From NCBI RefSeq assembly GCF_006345805.1, contig NC_043014.1:23684001-23748000 (forward strand): a stretch of 64,000 bases of DNA, in the 5' to 3' direction. The notes beneath the pieces are model-generated. The model had not been told where the DNA came from and made no database searches. It worked only from the letters and a program-made list of their open reading frames with translations. Both the position numbers and the translations under genes were made by a program. The stretch comes from Octopus sinensis (taxonomy: Eukaryota). Of this stretch, positions 41,813-55,539 are shown piece by piece (the stretch's first letter is position 1; every line of letters starts with the position of its first letter).

Positions 41813-42198
41813 ATAATGGTCTAGCAACAAGTTGCTTGACCACATACTGAAAATTTTAGAAATAACAACCAAAGGACTACTATTTCCTTTTTCTTCAAAA
41901 ATATGTCTCCACAGACAACAATATCTGTAACTCACATATGGCAAAAAAAGAAGAAAAACAACGAAATCAAACAGTCTTCGATTAATAATGCACACACGTT
42001 TCTGCAAATAGTAGTCCTTTGGCTGCTATTTCGGAAAATTTTCGGTATATGGTCAAGCAACTTGTTGCCAAACCCTTATTGTTGTATTTATGTATAAAAA
42101 AGATTTTGTATGAGTTTTTACCGAATATGGTCCTTTTCATACCGAAATACTACTGAGTGAAATTTGTTGATCTTATTAAATTAATTATCTTTCACCCT
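41813..42198. mobile_element. Fold-back element family A, second copy
   Basis: Inverted arms at ~41813-41884 and ~42007-42078 (gaccacatac..tagaaataacaaccaaagg and its complement), with the same one-sided tail as the 4695 copy. Confidence 0.75.
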
Positions 42199-42235
42199 AT
42201 ATATATATATGTAATGTATATATATATAATATATA

Positions 42236-42277
<42 letters not shown>

Positions 42278-42323
42278 CATATATAAAATACATATATATA
42301 CATACATATATGTATACATATAC

Positions 42324-42362
<39 letters not shown>

Positions 42363-42421
42363 AACATATATATATACATACATATATGTATACATGTACA
42401 TATATATATATATACATATAC

Positions 42422-42478
<57 letters not shown>

Positions 42479-42486
42479 CATATATG

Positions 42487-42556
<70 letters not shown>

Positions 42557-42677
42557 CATATATATATATGCCTTTAAAAACCCACTTTGCTCTGTTTTCG
42601 TAAACATCCGCCTTTAACCATGTGCAACTCGTAACACCAGTCGTCTTTTTCTCTTCCCTGTTGCCCGCTCTGGGATC

Positions 42678-42756
<79 letters not shown>

Positions 42757-42952
42757 CCTGTGTCGGTGGCACATAAAATCACCCACTACACTCTCGGAGT
42801 GGTTGGCGTTAGGAAGGGCATCCAGCTGTAGAAACACTGCCAGATCTGACTGGACTGGTGCAGCTTTCGGGCTCCCCAGACCCCAGTTGAACCATCCAAC
42901 CCATGCTAGCATGGAAAGCGGACGTTAAATGATGATGATGATGATGATGATG

Positions 42953-42990
<38 letters not shown>

Positions 42991-43053
42991 TAATATATAT
43001 AATATATATACATATATATATATATTATACATATATGTATATATATACATATA

Positions 43054-43087
<34 letters not shown>

Positions 43088-43104
43088 CATATATATACAG
43101 ATAG

Positions 43105-43137
<33 letters not shown>

Positions 43138-43280
43138 TATACAGATATATATATATATATATACATATATATACAGATAGATATATAATATATATATATA
43201 TATATACATAATATACATATATATACAGATATATATATATATATATACATATATATACAGATATATATATATATATATAC

Positions 43281-43335
<55 letters not shown>

Positions 43336-43398
43336 TATATATATATATATATACATATTATATATATATATACAGATATATATATATATACAGATATA

Positions 43399-43432
<34 letters not shown>

Positions 43433-43497
43433 CAGATATATATATATATACATATATATACAGATATATATATATATATATATACATATATATACAG

Positions 43498-43532
<35 letters not shown>

Positions 43533-43586
43533 ATATACAGATATATATATATATATATATATACAGATATATATATATATATATAC

Positions 43587-43626
<40 letters not shown>

Positions 43627-43871
43627 CAGATATATATATATATTATTATATATATATATACAGATATATATATATATATATATATATACAGATATATATA
43701 TATATATATATATACAGATTATATATATATATACAGATATATATATATATATATTATATATATAACAGATATATATATATATTTATATACAGATATATAT
43801 ATATATATATATATACAGATATATATATATATATATAATACAGATATATATATATATAATATAATATACAG

Positions 43872-43912
<41 letters not shown>

Positions 43913-44645
43913 TCTTTTACTCTTTTACTTGTTTCAGTCATTTGACTGCGGCCATGCTGGAGCACCACCTTTTAGTACTTATTCTATCGGTCTCTTTTTG
44001 CCGAACCGCTAAGTGACGGGGACCTAAATACACCAGCATCGGTTGTCAAGCAATGCTAGGGGGACAAACACAGACACACAAACACACACACACATACATA
44101 TATATACATATATACGACAGGCTTCTTTCAGTTTCCGTCTACCAAATCCACTCACAAGGCTTTGGTCGGCCCGGGGCTATAGCAGAAGACACTTGCCCAA
44201 GATGCCACGCAGTGGGACTGAACCCGCAACCGTGTGGTTGGTTAGCAAGCTACTTACCACACAGCCACTCCTGCGCCTATATACAGATATATACAGATAT
44301 ATATATATATACATATATATACAGATATATATATATATTATATATATACATATATATACAGATATATATATATTATATATATATATATATATATACTATA
44401 TATACAGATATATATATATATATACATATATATACAGATATATATATATATACATATATATACAGATTATATATATATATATTACATATATATACAGATA
44501 GATATATATATATATATATACATATATATACAGATATATATATATATATACATATATATACAGATAGATATATATATATATATATATATATACATTATAT
44601 ACAGATATATATATTATATATATATATACATATATATACAGATAG

Positions 44646-44676
<31 letters not shown>

Positions 44677-44762
44677 TATACAGATATATATATATATACA
44701 TATATATACAGATTATATATATTATATATACATATATATACAGATAGATATATATATATATA

Positions 44763-44830
<68 letters not shown>

Positions 44831-44873
44831 CATATATATTATATATATAATATATATATATTATATATACAGA

Positions 44874-44905
<32 letters not shown>

Positions 44906-45004
44906 ATATATATACATATATATACATATATATACAGATATATATATATATATATACATATATATACATATATATACATATATATACAATATATATATAT
45001 ACAG

Positions 45005-45045
<41 letters not shown>

Positions 45046-45050
45046 TATAT
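42199..45050. repeat. (TA)n / ACAG(AT)n compound microsatellite field containing an RTE 3' end (42752-42950, +) and SINE A (43911-44280, -)
   Basis: Direct inspection. There are many repeats of atacagat(at)n between 43090 and 45000. Confidence 0.9.
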
Positions 45051-45135
45051 GTAGGTCCCGGGTTGATCCGGGTTAACCACAGTAAGTAAGGTACTCAATA
45101 CATAGCAGAGTAAAATTAATTTATTATATAGAAGG

Positions 45136-45186
45136 AGCTTCTACAGGACTAGTACTGTTTCATTCAAGAGAAATCTTCAGGAAGCT
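45136..45186 (-). ncRNA. Minimal type I hammerhead ribozyme-like motif (left arm, identical to 49391-49441)
   Basis: Exact reverse complement of the right-arm motif. The predicted cleavage is between 45147 and 45146 on the minus strand. Confidence 0.6.
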
Positions 45187-45510
45187 ATTTAACAAGAATT
45201 GTATTAGCATTTATACATTTAGGCAGGTTTAAAGGAGTGGTGGTGGGGGACTTTTTTGGGGGTAGGCAAAGCGCAAAATATCATACTTGGGGGAGTGGTC
45301 AAGGAGTCAGTGGTAAGTTAGGTGAAAGAATAGATAAATAAAAAAATAAAAAATAAAAAATAAAAAATAAAAAATAAAAAATAAAAAATAAAATGTGTGC
45401 ACATACATACATAAACACATATACATACACACACACATACATACACATGTGTGCCTATGCATACCTACACATACACACATACACATACACATACATATAC
45501 ATATATATAT

Positions 45511-45555
<45 letters not shown>

Positions 45556-45880
45556 ATCCAATACAGGCCCATTCCCTAATTTTAATTTTATTATCTTCAT
45601 TTATTACTTTTGTTATCTTTGATCGCTAGAGCTAAGGATCCTGGCGATGGCAGCATGTCCAAATTGTCTGTCTACTAGAAGGCAAGTACTCGTTCCCGCA
45701 CGCACACTCATTAGCACGTACATACACCATTCGTACACTCAACACATACATACACGTACGCACGCGTTATATCCATACATACAAACATCTACATACGTTC
45801 ACGTATATACACATACGTACTCGTACCTACAGATTCATGTCTACACTTTAGGAGGCTAGTCTATATATATACACCAATAA

Positions 45881-45912
<32 letters not shown>

Positions 45913-47039
45913 ATATATATATATACACATATACACATACACACACACACACACATATATATACTCCTACATACAGATACATACCTATATATATATATAT
46001 ACATATACCCACACATACATGTACATATATATATATATACATATACATACATATATATATATATATACATATATATATACATATATACATACATACATAC
46101 ACACACACCCATATATATACACACACATACATACACATATATATACATACACAAACATATATACACACACATATATATATACATATACATGTATACACAC
46201 ATACATACACACACCTACATACATATACACACAAACACATACATACGTAAACATACATACATACATCCATACATCCATATTTACATGCACTTATACGCAT
46301 ACACACACCCCCATCTATATATAGATGTGCGTGTGTGTGTATATATGTATATGTGCTTGTACGTATATGTGTATATACGTGTAAATGTATGTGTTTTTGT
46401 ATGTGTATGTATGTATAAAATATTATATTATATAATTAGGGCTTAGTAAAATAAAATAAAATAAATTACTTTGCCACATACTAAACTTTCTAGAAATAGC
46501 AGCCAATAAAGGTTTTTAGCCTCTTCCACTACTTAGAGAATTTTTTCCCTCTAACATTGTTTACTCAAAATAATAATGGTCCCTTTACATACTGAATTCT
46601 TGGTGAATTTGATTAATAACTAATTAACTTTACCCTCCCTTGTTGATATATATATGTATGTGTATGTGTACATGTATGTATATATATGTGTGTGTGTGTG
46701 TATGTGTGTATGTATGTATTTGTATATGTGTGTGTGTATATGTATGTGCGCGCGTGTGTGTGTATGCATGTGTATGTATATTTGTATATGTATGTGCATG
46801 TGTATGTGTATATGTATATATATGTATATGTATGTATATATATGTATATATATATATGTATATATATATATGTATGTATATGTATGTATATATGTGTGTG
46901 TATATGTGTACTATGTATGTATTTATATAGATATGTAATTTTTATATATATATGTATGTATATGCATCTGTCTGTGTGTGTGTATGTGTATATATGTGTA
47001 TCATTATTGCGTATGTATACATGTATATGTGTATATGTA

Positions 47040-47078
<39 letters not shown>

Positions 47079-47297
47079 GTATATATGTGGGGGTATATGT
47101 ATATGTATATATATATGTATATATATGTATATATATGTATATGTATATGTGTATATATATATATATGTGTGTATGTGTGTATGTGTATATATGTATGTAT
47201 ATGTGTATGTGTGTGTACATGTATATATATGTGTGTGTGTATATATATATATGTTTATATGTGAGTATGTAGAGATATAAGTATATGCATGTGTATA

Positions 47298-47353
<56 letters not shown>

Positions 47354-47453
47354 GGTATGTGTATCCGTGTATATATGTATGTGTGTGTGTATGTATATGT
47401 ATGTATGTGTGTATATATGTATGTGTATATGTGTATGTGTGTGTATATATGTG

Positions 47454-47484
<31 letters not shown>

Positions 47485-47554
47485 GTATGTGTATGTGTGT
47501 GTATGTGTGCATGTATGTGTATGTGTATATGTGTATATGTATGATATGTGTGTA

Positions 47555-47631
<77 letters not shown>

Positions 47632-48162
47632 GTATATATGTGTATGTGTGTGTATATATATATGTATATATGAGTGCGCGTGTGTGTATGTATGCTATAT
47701 GTATGTATGCATGTATATGTGTATGTATATATGTGTGAAGTGTGCATATATGTATATGTAAGTATGTGCGCGTGTATGAGTATGTATGTATGCTTGCACA
47801 CGTGTATATATATGTGTGCGTGTGTATATATATGGATGCGTGTGCGTGCGTGCACGTTATGGGTACGCATGTGTATATGTGTATGTGCGTGTATGTGTAT
47901 GTATGCATATATGTATGTATGCATGTATATGTGTATGTATATATGTGTGTAAGTGTGTGCATATATGTATATGTAAGTATGTGTGCGTGTATGAGTATGT
48001 ATGTATGCTTGCACACGTGTATTATGTGTTGTGTGTATACATATGGATGCATGTGCGTGTGGGCACGTGTATGGGTACGCATGTATATGTGTATGTGCGT
48101 GTATGCGTATACGTGTATGTATGTATGTATGTGTGGGCGTATATTTGTATATGTATGTGTGA

Positions 48163-48244
<82 letters not shown>

Positions 48245-49000
48245 GATGGGGGGTGTGTGTATGCGTATAAGTGCATGTAAATATGGATGTATGGATGTAT
48301 GTATGTATGTTTACGTATGTATGTGTTTGTGTGTATATGTATGTAGGTGTGTGTATGTATGTGTGTATACATGTATATGTATATATATATGTGTGTGTAT
48401 ATATGTTTGTGTATGTATATATATGTGTATGTATGTGTGTGTATATATATGGGTGTGTGTGTGTATGTATGTATGTATATATGTATATATATATGTATAT
48501 ATATATATATGTATGTATATGTATATATATATATATGTACATGTATGTGTGGGTATATATATATATATATATATAGGTATGTATCTGTATGTAGGAGTAT
48601 ATATATGTGTGTGTGTGTGTGTATGTGTATATGTGTATATATATATATATGTATATATATATACATATATATGTATATTTATTGGTGTATATATATAGAC
48701 TAGCCTCCTAAAGTGTAGACATGAATCTGTAGGTACGAGTACGTATGTGTATATACGTGAACGTATGTAGATGTTTGTATGTATGGATATAACGCGTGCG
48801 TACGTGTATGTGTATGAGTGTACGAATGGGTGTATGTACGTGCTAATGAGTGTGCGTGCGGGAACGAGTACTTGCCTTCTAGTAGACAGACAATTTGGAC
48901 ATGCTGCCATCGCCAGGATCCTTAGCTCTAGCGATCAAAGATAACAAAAGTAATAAATGAAGATAATAAAATTAAAATTAGGGAATGGCCTGTATTGGAT

Positions 49001-49060
<60 letters not shown>

Positions 49061-49390
49061 GTGTATATATATATGTATATGTATGTGTATGTGTATGTGT
49101 GTATGTGTAGGTATGCATAGGCACACATGTGTATGTATGTGTGTGTGTATGTATATGTGTTTATGTATGTATGTGCACACATTTTATTTTTTTATTTTTT
49201 TATTTTTTATTTTTTATTTTTTTATTTTTTTTTTTTTTATTATCTATTCTTTCACCTAACTTACCACTGACTCCTTGACCACTCCCCCAAGTATGATATT
49301 TTGCGCTATGCCTACCCCCAAAAAAGTCCCCCACCACCACTCCTTTAAACCTGCCTAAATGTATAAATGCTAATACAATTCTTGTTAAAT

Positions 49391-49441
49391 AGCTTCCTGA
49401 AGATTTCTCTTGAATGAAACAGTACTAGTCCTGTAGAAGCT
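49391..49441 (+). ncRNA. Minimal type I hammerhead ribozyme-like motif (right arm)
   Basis: agcttc-CTGAAGA-t ttc tctt gaa t-GAAA-c agtacta g-TC-ctgta-gaagct. Both conserved core strands are intact, with a 3-bp stem II, a 2-bp stem III and a GUC triplet at 49428-49430. Stem I (agcttc/gaagct) needs a 5-nt bulge, so activity is uncertain. Confidence 0.6.
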
Positions 49442-49462
49442 CCTTCTATATAATAAATTAAA

Positions 49463-49496
<34 letters not shown>

Positions 49497-49502
49497 AATA
49501 TA

Positions 49503-49774
49503 TCTTTATATATAAAACTGAAGTTGTGTGTGTGAGTGGCTGTCTACTCCGATTTAGATTCCTTACTCCAACATTTTGCGGTGCAGTTTAACCAAAAGCG
49601 GGTATCTTATAGTCGGGTATTAGTGCGTGTCTACAATGAGTGTACGATTTTTAAAAAAATTTACATTCATTTTTCTACATTTTTGCTCGGTTTATATAAG
49701 GGAAGTAACTCTCAAAAAATGCTTATATAGTTATTTCCCTTACAAACCCGAGCAACGCCGGGCGATACTGCTAG
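49503..49774 (+). mobile_element. Short non-autonomous Helitron, 272 bp
   Basis: A|TC 5' end (tctttatatataaaactg), a 3' GC hairpin cccg-a-gc-aac-gc-cggg at 49747-49762, and CTAG|T at 49771-49775. It is inserted between A and T with no TSD. Confidence 0.85.
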
Positions 49775-49830
49775 TATGTATATATATAGATATATATATA
49801 CACATAATATATATATATATATATATACAC

Positions 49831-49872
<42 letters not shown>

Positions 49873-50018
49873 CCTTAAAAATATATATATATATAAATCC
49901 TTAAAAATGTTTTAGCCCGAAGGCCACAGCCATATATGTATGTATATATGTATATATATATATATGTATGTATATATGTATGTATATATGTATATATATA
50001 TGTATATGTATATATATG

Positions 50019-50056
<38 letters not shown>

Positions 50057-50059
50057 TAT

Positions 50060-50217
50060 AAATCCTTAAATCCTTAAAAATGTTTTAGCCTGAAGGCCGC
50101 GGCCATGCTGGGGCACCACCGCTGAATGAGCTACACTAATATGTGAATCCACTTTAGATACGTGGCACTTGATCAACAAGGGAGTTCAATGCTGCTGCCC
50201 GCATCCGCGTCTCCTGT
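50060..50217 (-). mobile_element. Inverted copy of the 3' end of the adjacent CR1-type LINE
   Basis: Reverse complement of 52235-52392 with 6 substitutions over 158 bp. A still shorter minus copy lies at ~49888-49932. Confidence 0.9.
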
Positions 50218-52392
50218 TCATATGTGACAAATATGTCCCAGTGTGCAGGACCTGCACACACAAAAACAGGATCCCTAGAGAAAGGAGGATTCTTATGAGA
50301 CGACGGACAAGGATTGCAAACCGCCTGAGCAAGCACACCAAAAGTGGTGAGAAGTCTTGGCTCGAAAGAATGCCAATGGAAACTGAGAAAAGTCTACATC
50401 AGTCCCATGAAAAGGAGAGAGCAGATAAAGAAGCTTGGGTAATAGAAAATATAAAATCAAACCCTAAAGCTTTCTTTAAGTTTGCCAAAGAGACAGCCAC
50501 AGAGCACCAGAGAATAGGACCTCGCTTCCAAAAAGATGGCTCTCTCACAGGAAATCCCACGAGGATAAGTGAAATACTGAACGAACAGTTCCAAAGTGTG
50601 TTCACTACACCTCTAGGACACAGGCAAGTAAACAATCCAGAAGAATTCTTTGCCACTTTACCTGCGGCCAAAGAGGCAAAAATTGAGTACATCAACATCG
50701 AAGATGATGATATCACACTAGCCATAGATGAAATTGACACAAACTCAGCTGCTGGACCTGACGGATTCCCAGCGATCCTTCTCAAATCGTGCAAACGAGC
50801 CCTTGCAAAACCGCTACAGCTTCTTTTTCAGAGCTTTCTTGCAAGTGGTAAGCTCCCAGTCAAATTGAAAGAGGGGGTAATATGCCCTATCCATAAGGGA
50901 GGTAGCAGAGCAGATGCTAAAACTTATAGGCCTATCTCTCTGACCTCACACATCAAAAAAGTCATGGAACGAATAGTCCGTAAGAAACTAATCATGTTCC
51001 TTGAAGAAAATGACTTGCTGTCTGACACCCAGCATGGATTTTGACCAGGTAGAAGCTGCCTAACACAGCTCCTGCAACACTATGACTGGGTGTTGAAACA
51101 GCTACTAAATGGCTCAAATGTGGATGTAATATATCTCGACTTTGCAAAAGCCTTTGATAAGGTCGACCATGGTATGATCTGTCACAAACTGCGTGGTCTC
51201 GGCATAGGCGGAAAACTTGGAGAGTGGCCGCACAACTTCCTAAAAGACAGAAAACAGGCAGTTGTGAGCAATGGAGCCACCTCCAAGGAAACACAAATAG
51301 CAAGCGGTGTCCCACAGGGCACTGTCTTGGGGCCACTGATGTTCATAGTGGCCCTTTCAGACATGCCTTCAGTTGGTACGATGACCACCCTTGCTAACTA
51401 TGCAGATGACACAAAAGTCTCCCACGCAATACAAAACCCTGAAAATATTGCGCATCTGCAACAGGAGTTGGACACAATATACAGGTGGGCTGAGGACAAC
51501 AACATGCAGTTTAATGCAGGTAAGTTCCAGGCCCTGCGCTATTGGCACACAAAGGTAAACGACGTGCAGACTGGATACGCTGGCCCAGGAAGAATTGCAA
51601 TCCCTGAGTCAAAATCAGTGCGTGACCTGGGCATTGACATGAGCAATGATGCATCTTTCCAAGTGCATATTGCTAATCTGGTGAAAAAATGCAGACGGCC
51701 TGCTAGATGGATTCTCCGAACTTTCAGAACAAGAGAGAAGGAGACACTGATGGTCCTATGGAAAACATTCGTCCTCAGCCGCTTGGACTACTGCTCCCAA
51801 CTGTGGTCACCACACAATATAAAACTAACAGCACAACTCGAAGCAATTCAGAGAAGCTACACAAAGAAAATCATCTCAATGCAAAATATCAGCTACTGGG
51901 AAAGACTGAAGGTATTAAACCTCTTCTCCCTAGAGCGGAGGCGGGAGAAATATGCGGTGATATACATCTGGAAAATCCTGGAGGGTCTTGTCCCAAACTT
52001 TGGCATTCAAAGTTACCCCAACCGCAGAACGGGGCGCCACTGCATGGTGCCAAGGATTCCAACATCACCATCAAAATACAGGTCCAGATACTGCAACAGC
52101 TTGGGTTTCAGAGGACCACAACTCTTTAACATCCTCCCTAAATGCCTGAGAAACTTACATGGTGTGGATGTGGGTTTCTTTAAAACTAAACTGGACCTCT
52201 TCTTGTCGGGAGTCCCAGATGAACCTACCTCACGACAGGAGACGTGGATGCGGGCAGCAGCATCGAACTCCCTTGTTGATCAAGTGCCACGTATCAGAGG
52301 TGGATTCACAAATTAGTGTAGCTCATTCAGCGGTGGTGCCCCAGCATGGCCGCGGCCTTCAGGCTAAAACATTTTTAAGGATTTAAGGATTT
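50218..52392 (+). mobile_element. Young 5'-truncated CR1-type LINE (RT nearly intact)
   Basis: ORFs 50169-51044 and 51090-52316 are one reading frame split by a single TGA at 51042-51044. Motifs: AAGPDG..PIHKGG..YRPISLTS..QHGF..YLDFAKAFDKVDH..SGVPQGTVLGP..YADD..RDLG..RLDYCSQLWSP. Tail is (AAGGATTT)n. Confidence 0.95.
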
Positions 52393-52395
52393 ATA

Positions 52396-52427
<32 letters not shown>

Positions 52428-53265
52428 CATACATATATATACATATACATATATATATCATATTACATACATATATACATACATATATATATATATCATA
52501 TATACATACATATATTACATATACATATTATACATATATATACATATATATACATACATATATATACATATACATATATATATACATATATATATATATA
52601 CATATATACATACATATATATATATACATATAAACATATATACATACATATATACATATACATATATATATACATATATATATATATACATATATACATA
52701 CATATATATATATATACATATATACATATATATACATATATACATATATATACATATATACATACATATATATACATATACATATATATATACATATATA
52801 TATATACATATATACATACATATATATATATATACATATATACATATATACATACATATATATACATATACATATATATATACATATATACATATATACA
52901 TATATATACATATATATATATATACATATATACATATATACATACATATATATACATATACATATATATATACATATATACATATATACATATATATACA
53001 TATATACATACATATATATACATATACATATATATATACACATATATATATATATACATATACATACATATATATACATATACATATATATACATATATA
53101 TATACACACACAGATATATATACATATATACATATATATATACATATATATATATATATACATATATATACATACATACATATATACATATTATATACAT
53201 ATTATATATATATATATATATTATATATATATATATATACATATATATACATATATAAATATATA
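52393..53265. repeat. (TA)n/(TACA)n microsatellite array
   Basis: Direct inspection. Confidence 0.95.
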
Positions 53266-53575
53266 TATCATTTAATGTCCGTTTTCCATGCTATCTGATC
53301 TGGTGGTGTTTCTACAGCTAGATGCACTTCCTAACACCAACCACTCCATGACTGTAGTATGTGCTTTTTACGTGCCACTGGCACAGGTGCCAGGGGAGGC
53401 TGGTAGCGGCCACGATCTGTTGGTGCTTTTTATGTGCCATCGGAATGGAAGCCATTCAAGGCAGCACTGGCATCGGCCATGTTCAGATGGTACTTTTTAC
53501 GTGCCGCCTGCACAGATATCACAATTACGATTTCCATTTGATTTTTATTTTGTGTTGATGTACTTGACTCAATAG
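53265..53575 (-). mobile_element. RTE LINE 3' UTR fragment
   Basis: Reverse complement of the RTE 3' UTR (tctacagctagatgcacttcctaac..gtgccactggcac..). Confidence 0.8.
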
Positions 53576-55539
53576 CTCTCCTCTACACACACACAGATAC
53601 ATTTATAGAAACATATATACATATGTACGTACACATAAATATACGTACGTGGACAGATGTATATACGTGTGTGTTTGTGTGTGTGTGTGTTTATGTGTTT
53701 GGTTGTGCGTGTGTGTACACATACACATGTTTAAAGCATTAAGTTCCCTCCCAAATCTGAGAGTGGAAATTCTTGGAATTAGTGCAGTTCAGTGACAAAG
53801 TACTCACAGAAATAAGTGGCAGAAACATTATCTGTGAAAATAAGAAAGCAAACCATGCAAGATACACAGATTGTCGATCTGCATATACAAAGTTAATACT
53901 TTCTTCTCTAACACAGACAACATTTAGCATGTTCAATAATTCTTCAGAATAATGTTAATAGAGTTAAGTAAAGTAGGAAATTTCAAACACCATAGATTTT
54001 TCATTGTCTTCCTAATGTTACACAAGCTAGGTGAGAAGGAATGTTGTTTCATTTCCAGTTCAGTATTTACTAGGTTATGCTGTGGAGAACATACTAACTT
54101 CCCCTCAGTACTGGATTCAGACAGGGTAAGCTCCAGTATTTAATAGTAAATATAGTTGTGTAAGAACTGAACTTGGCAAATATGCTGCCAAAATACATAA
54201 TAAAGCCATGATAGGTATAAGTTATTCACTTCAATCAATAAACAAACATTTACACATAAGGAAATATAGTAAATCATAATTATAAAAACCTTGTGTAATA
54301 ATGATATTTAAAAAAATAAATTGCTGTAATATGTTAATGTTAACTAAGTTATTTGTAAAGAATCATTGAATATAAATTATAAAACTGCAATAAATGAAAA
54401 AATACTGATTTTTGGAAGTTTTCTTCGGATTTTGGGGCCCTAAGCAGTAATTTGCTTAAGTTATGTCAAAGTCCAGCCTGACTCCCATTATCAACTAACT
54501 GCATTTTCTTGCCCAGCAAGACATTTACACATGTCTACATTGCACAAATGAAATATGATATACATTTGAATAACTATTTTAACACAAACCCACCCAACAC
54601 ATCTTTTGGTTATATTTTTGAAAAACTCTTGGTTTAAACTGACCATTTGAAATTAAAACTTTCCATTACAATTTTATATAAGCACTTCTGCTAAGTTATA
54701 TACCAAATATCAGTTTGATAGTAAGTTCTTTAATTAAATCCTTCCAAATTTGAGTATATTTTCATTTTAATTATGATAAATAATTACAACACAGAGGCAA
54801 TGTATCATATTAAAAATATAGTCATATAGAGTTAAACAATGGTAAAACTGAGAGAAATAATTAGGACAGATCAAAAAATAAAATAATACAGGAACAAAGT
54901 GATGAAGAGATGCTATATATCAGACTTTTGCAACTCATATCAACATGGAAAAAAATGAATGTTAAAATAACAATGTTGACAAGGATGATAGCATTCACCT
55001 GTAAAATACTTCTCATTCATGCTAAATTTGCACAACAGTCTAATGAAAACAAACAACAACACACAGAAACAAAATTACTTTCTTCATTTAAACTTATTTT
55101 TGAATGCTCGTTAATGCACATCTAGTGAAATGCATGTGATATTTTATACCAACTAATCCAAGGTAAAGGATAAAGATAAATTGGTGATGATGAGGATGAT
55201 GTTTAGGATTTTCCATGATCCAATTTACCCAATAACAAATGCTGTTTCAAACAGTATCCTTCATTCATTTTCTTTACATGAAATAATAATAATAAAGGCC
55301 ACTGGCTCCTTTAATCTAGGACAAAAGGTGTCTGATCATAGGTATATTAACTGATATTTCACCCAATATCTCCAACTCTTAAATACCAAAACTCTTTATG
55401 ATCAGCAGATATATACTGGAAAGGAAAAGCTAATCAAAATAAGCATATACTGACCTTGAAACAGTTGATGTTATTTGCCATCAAATGATAACAAGCCACA
55501 CTCAAAAGGCTACTATGTAATATAACAACTTTATAAGCA

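Larger units (their letters stand above)
45051..49461. mobile_element. 4.4-kb non-coding fold-back element: ~1.2-kb inverted arms with terminal hammerhead-like motifs (probable Penelope pseudo-LTR pair)
   Basis: 45116-46323 is the near-exact reverse complement of 48238-49461, differing mainly in microsatellite length plus rare changes such as ggcaaagcg versus ggcatagcg. The left arm extends a further 65 bp to gtaggtcccggg at 45051. The spacer is microsatellite plus a family A relic. Confidence 0.85.

Noticed and set aside
55455-55515. AAG|gtcagt donor on the minus strand as a possible upstream RALBP1 exon
   Set aside because: The acceptor is weak and there is no RALBP1-like peptide in any frame.
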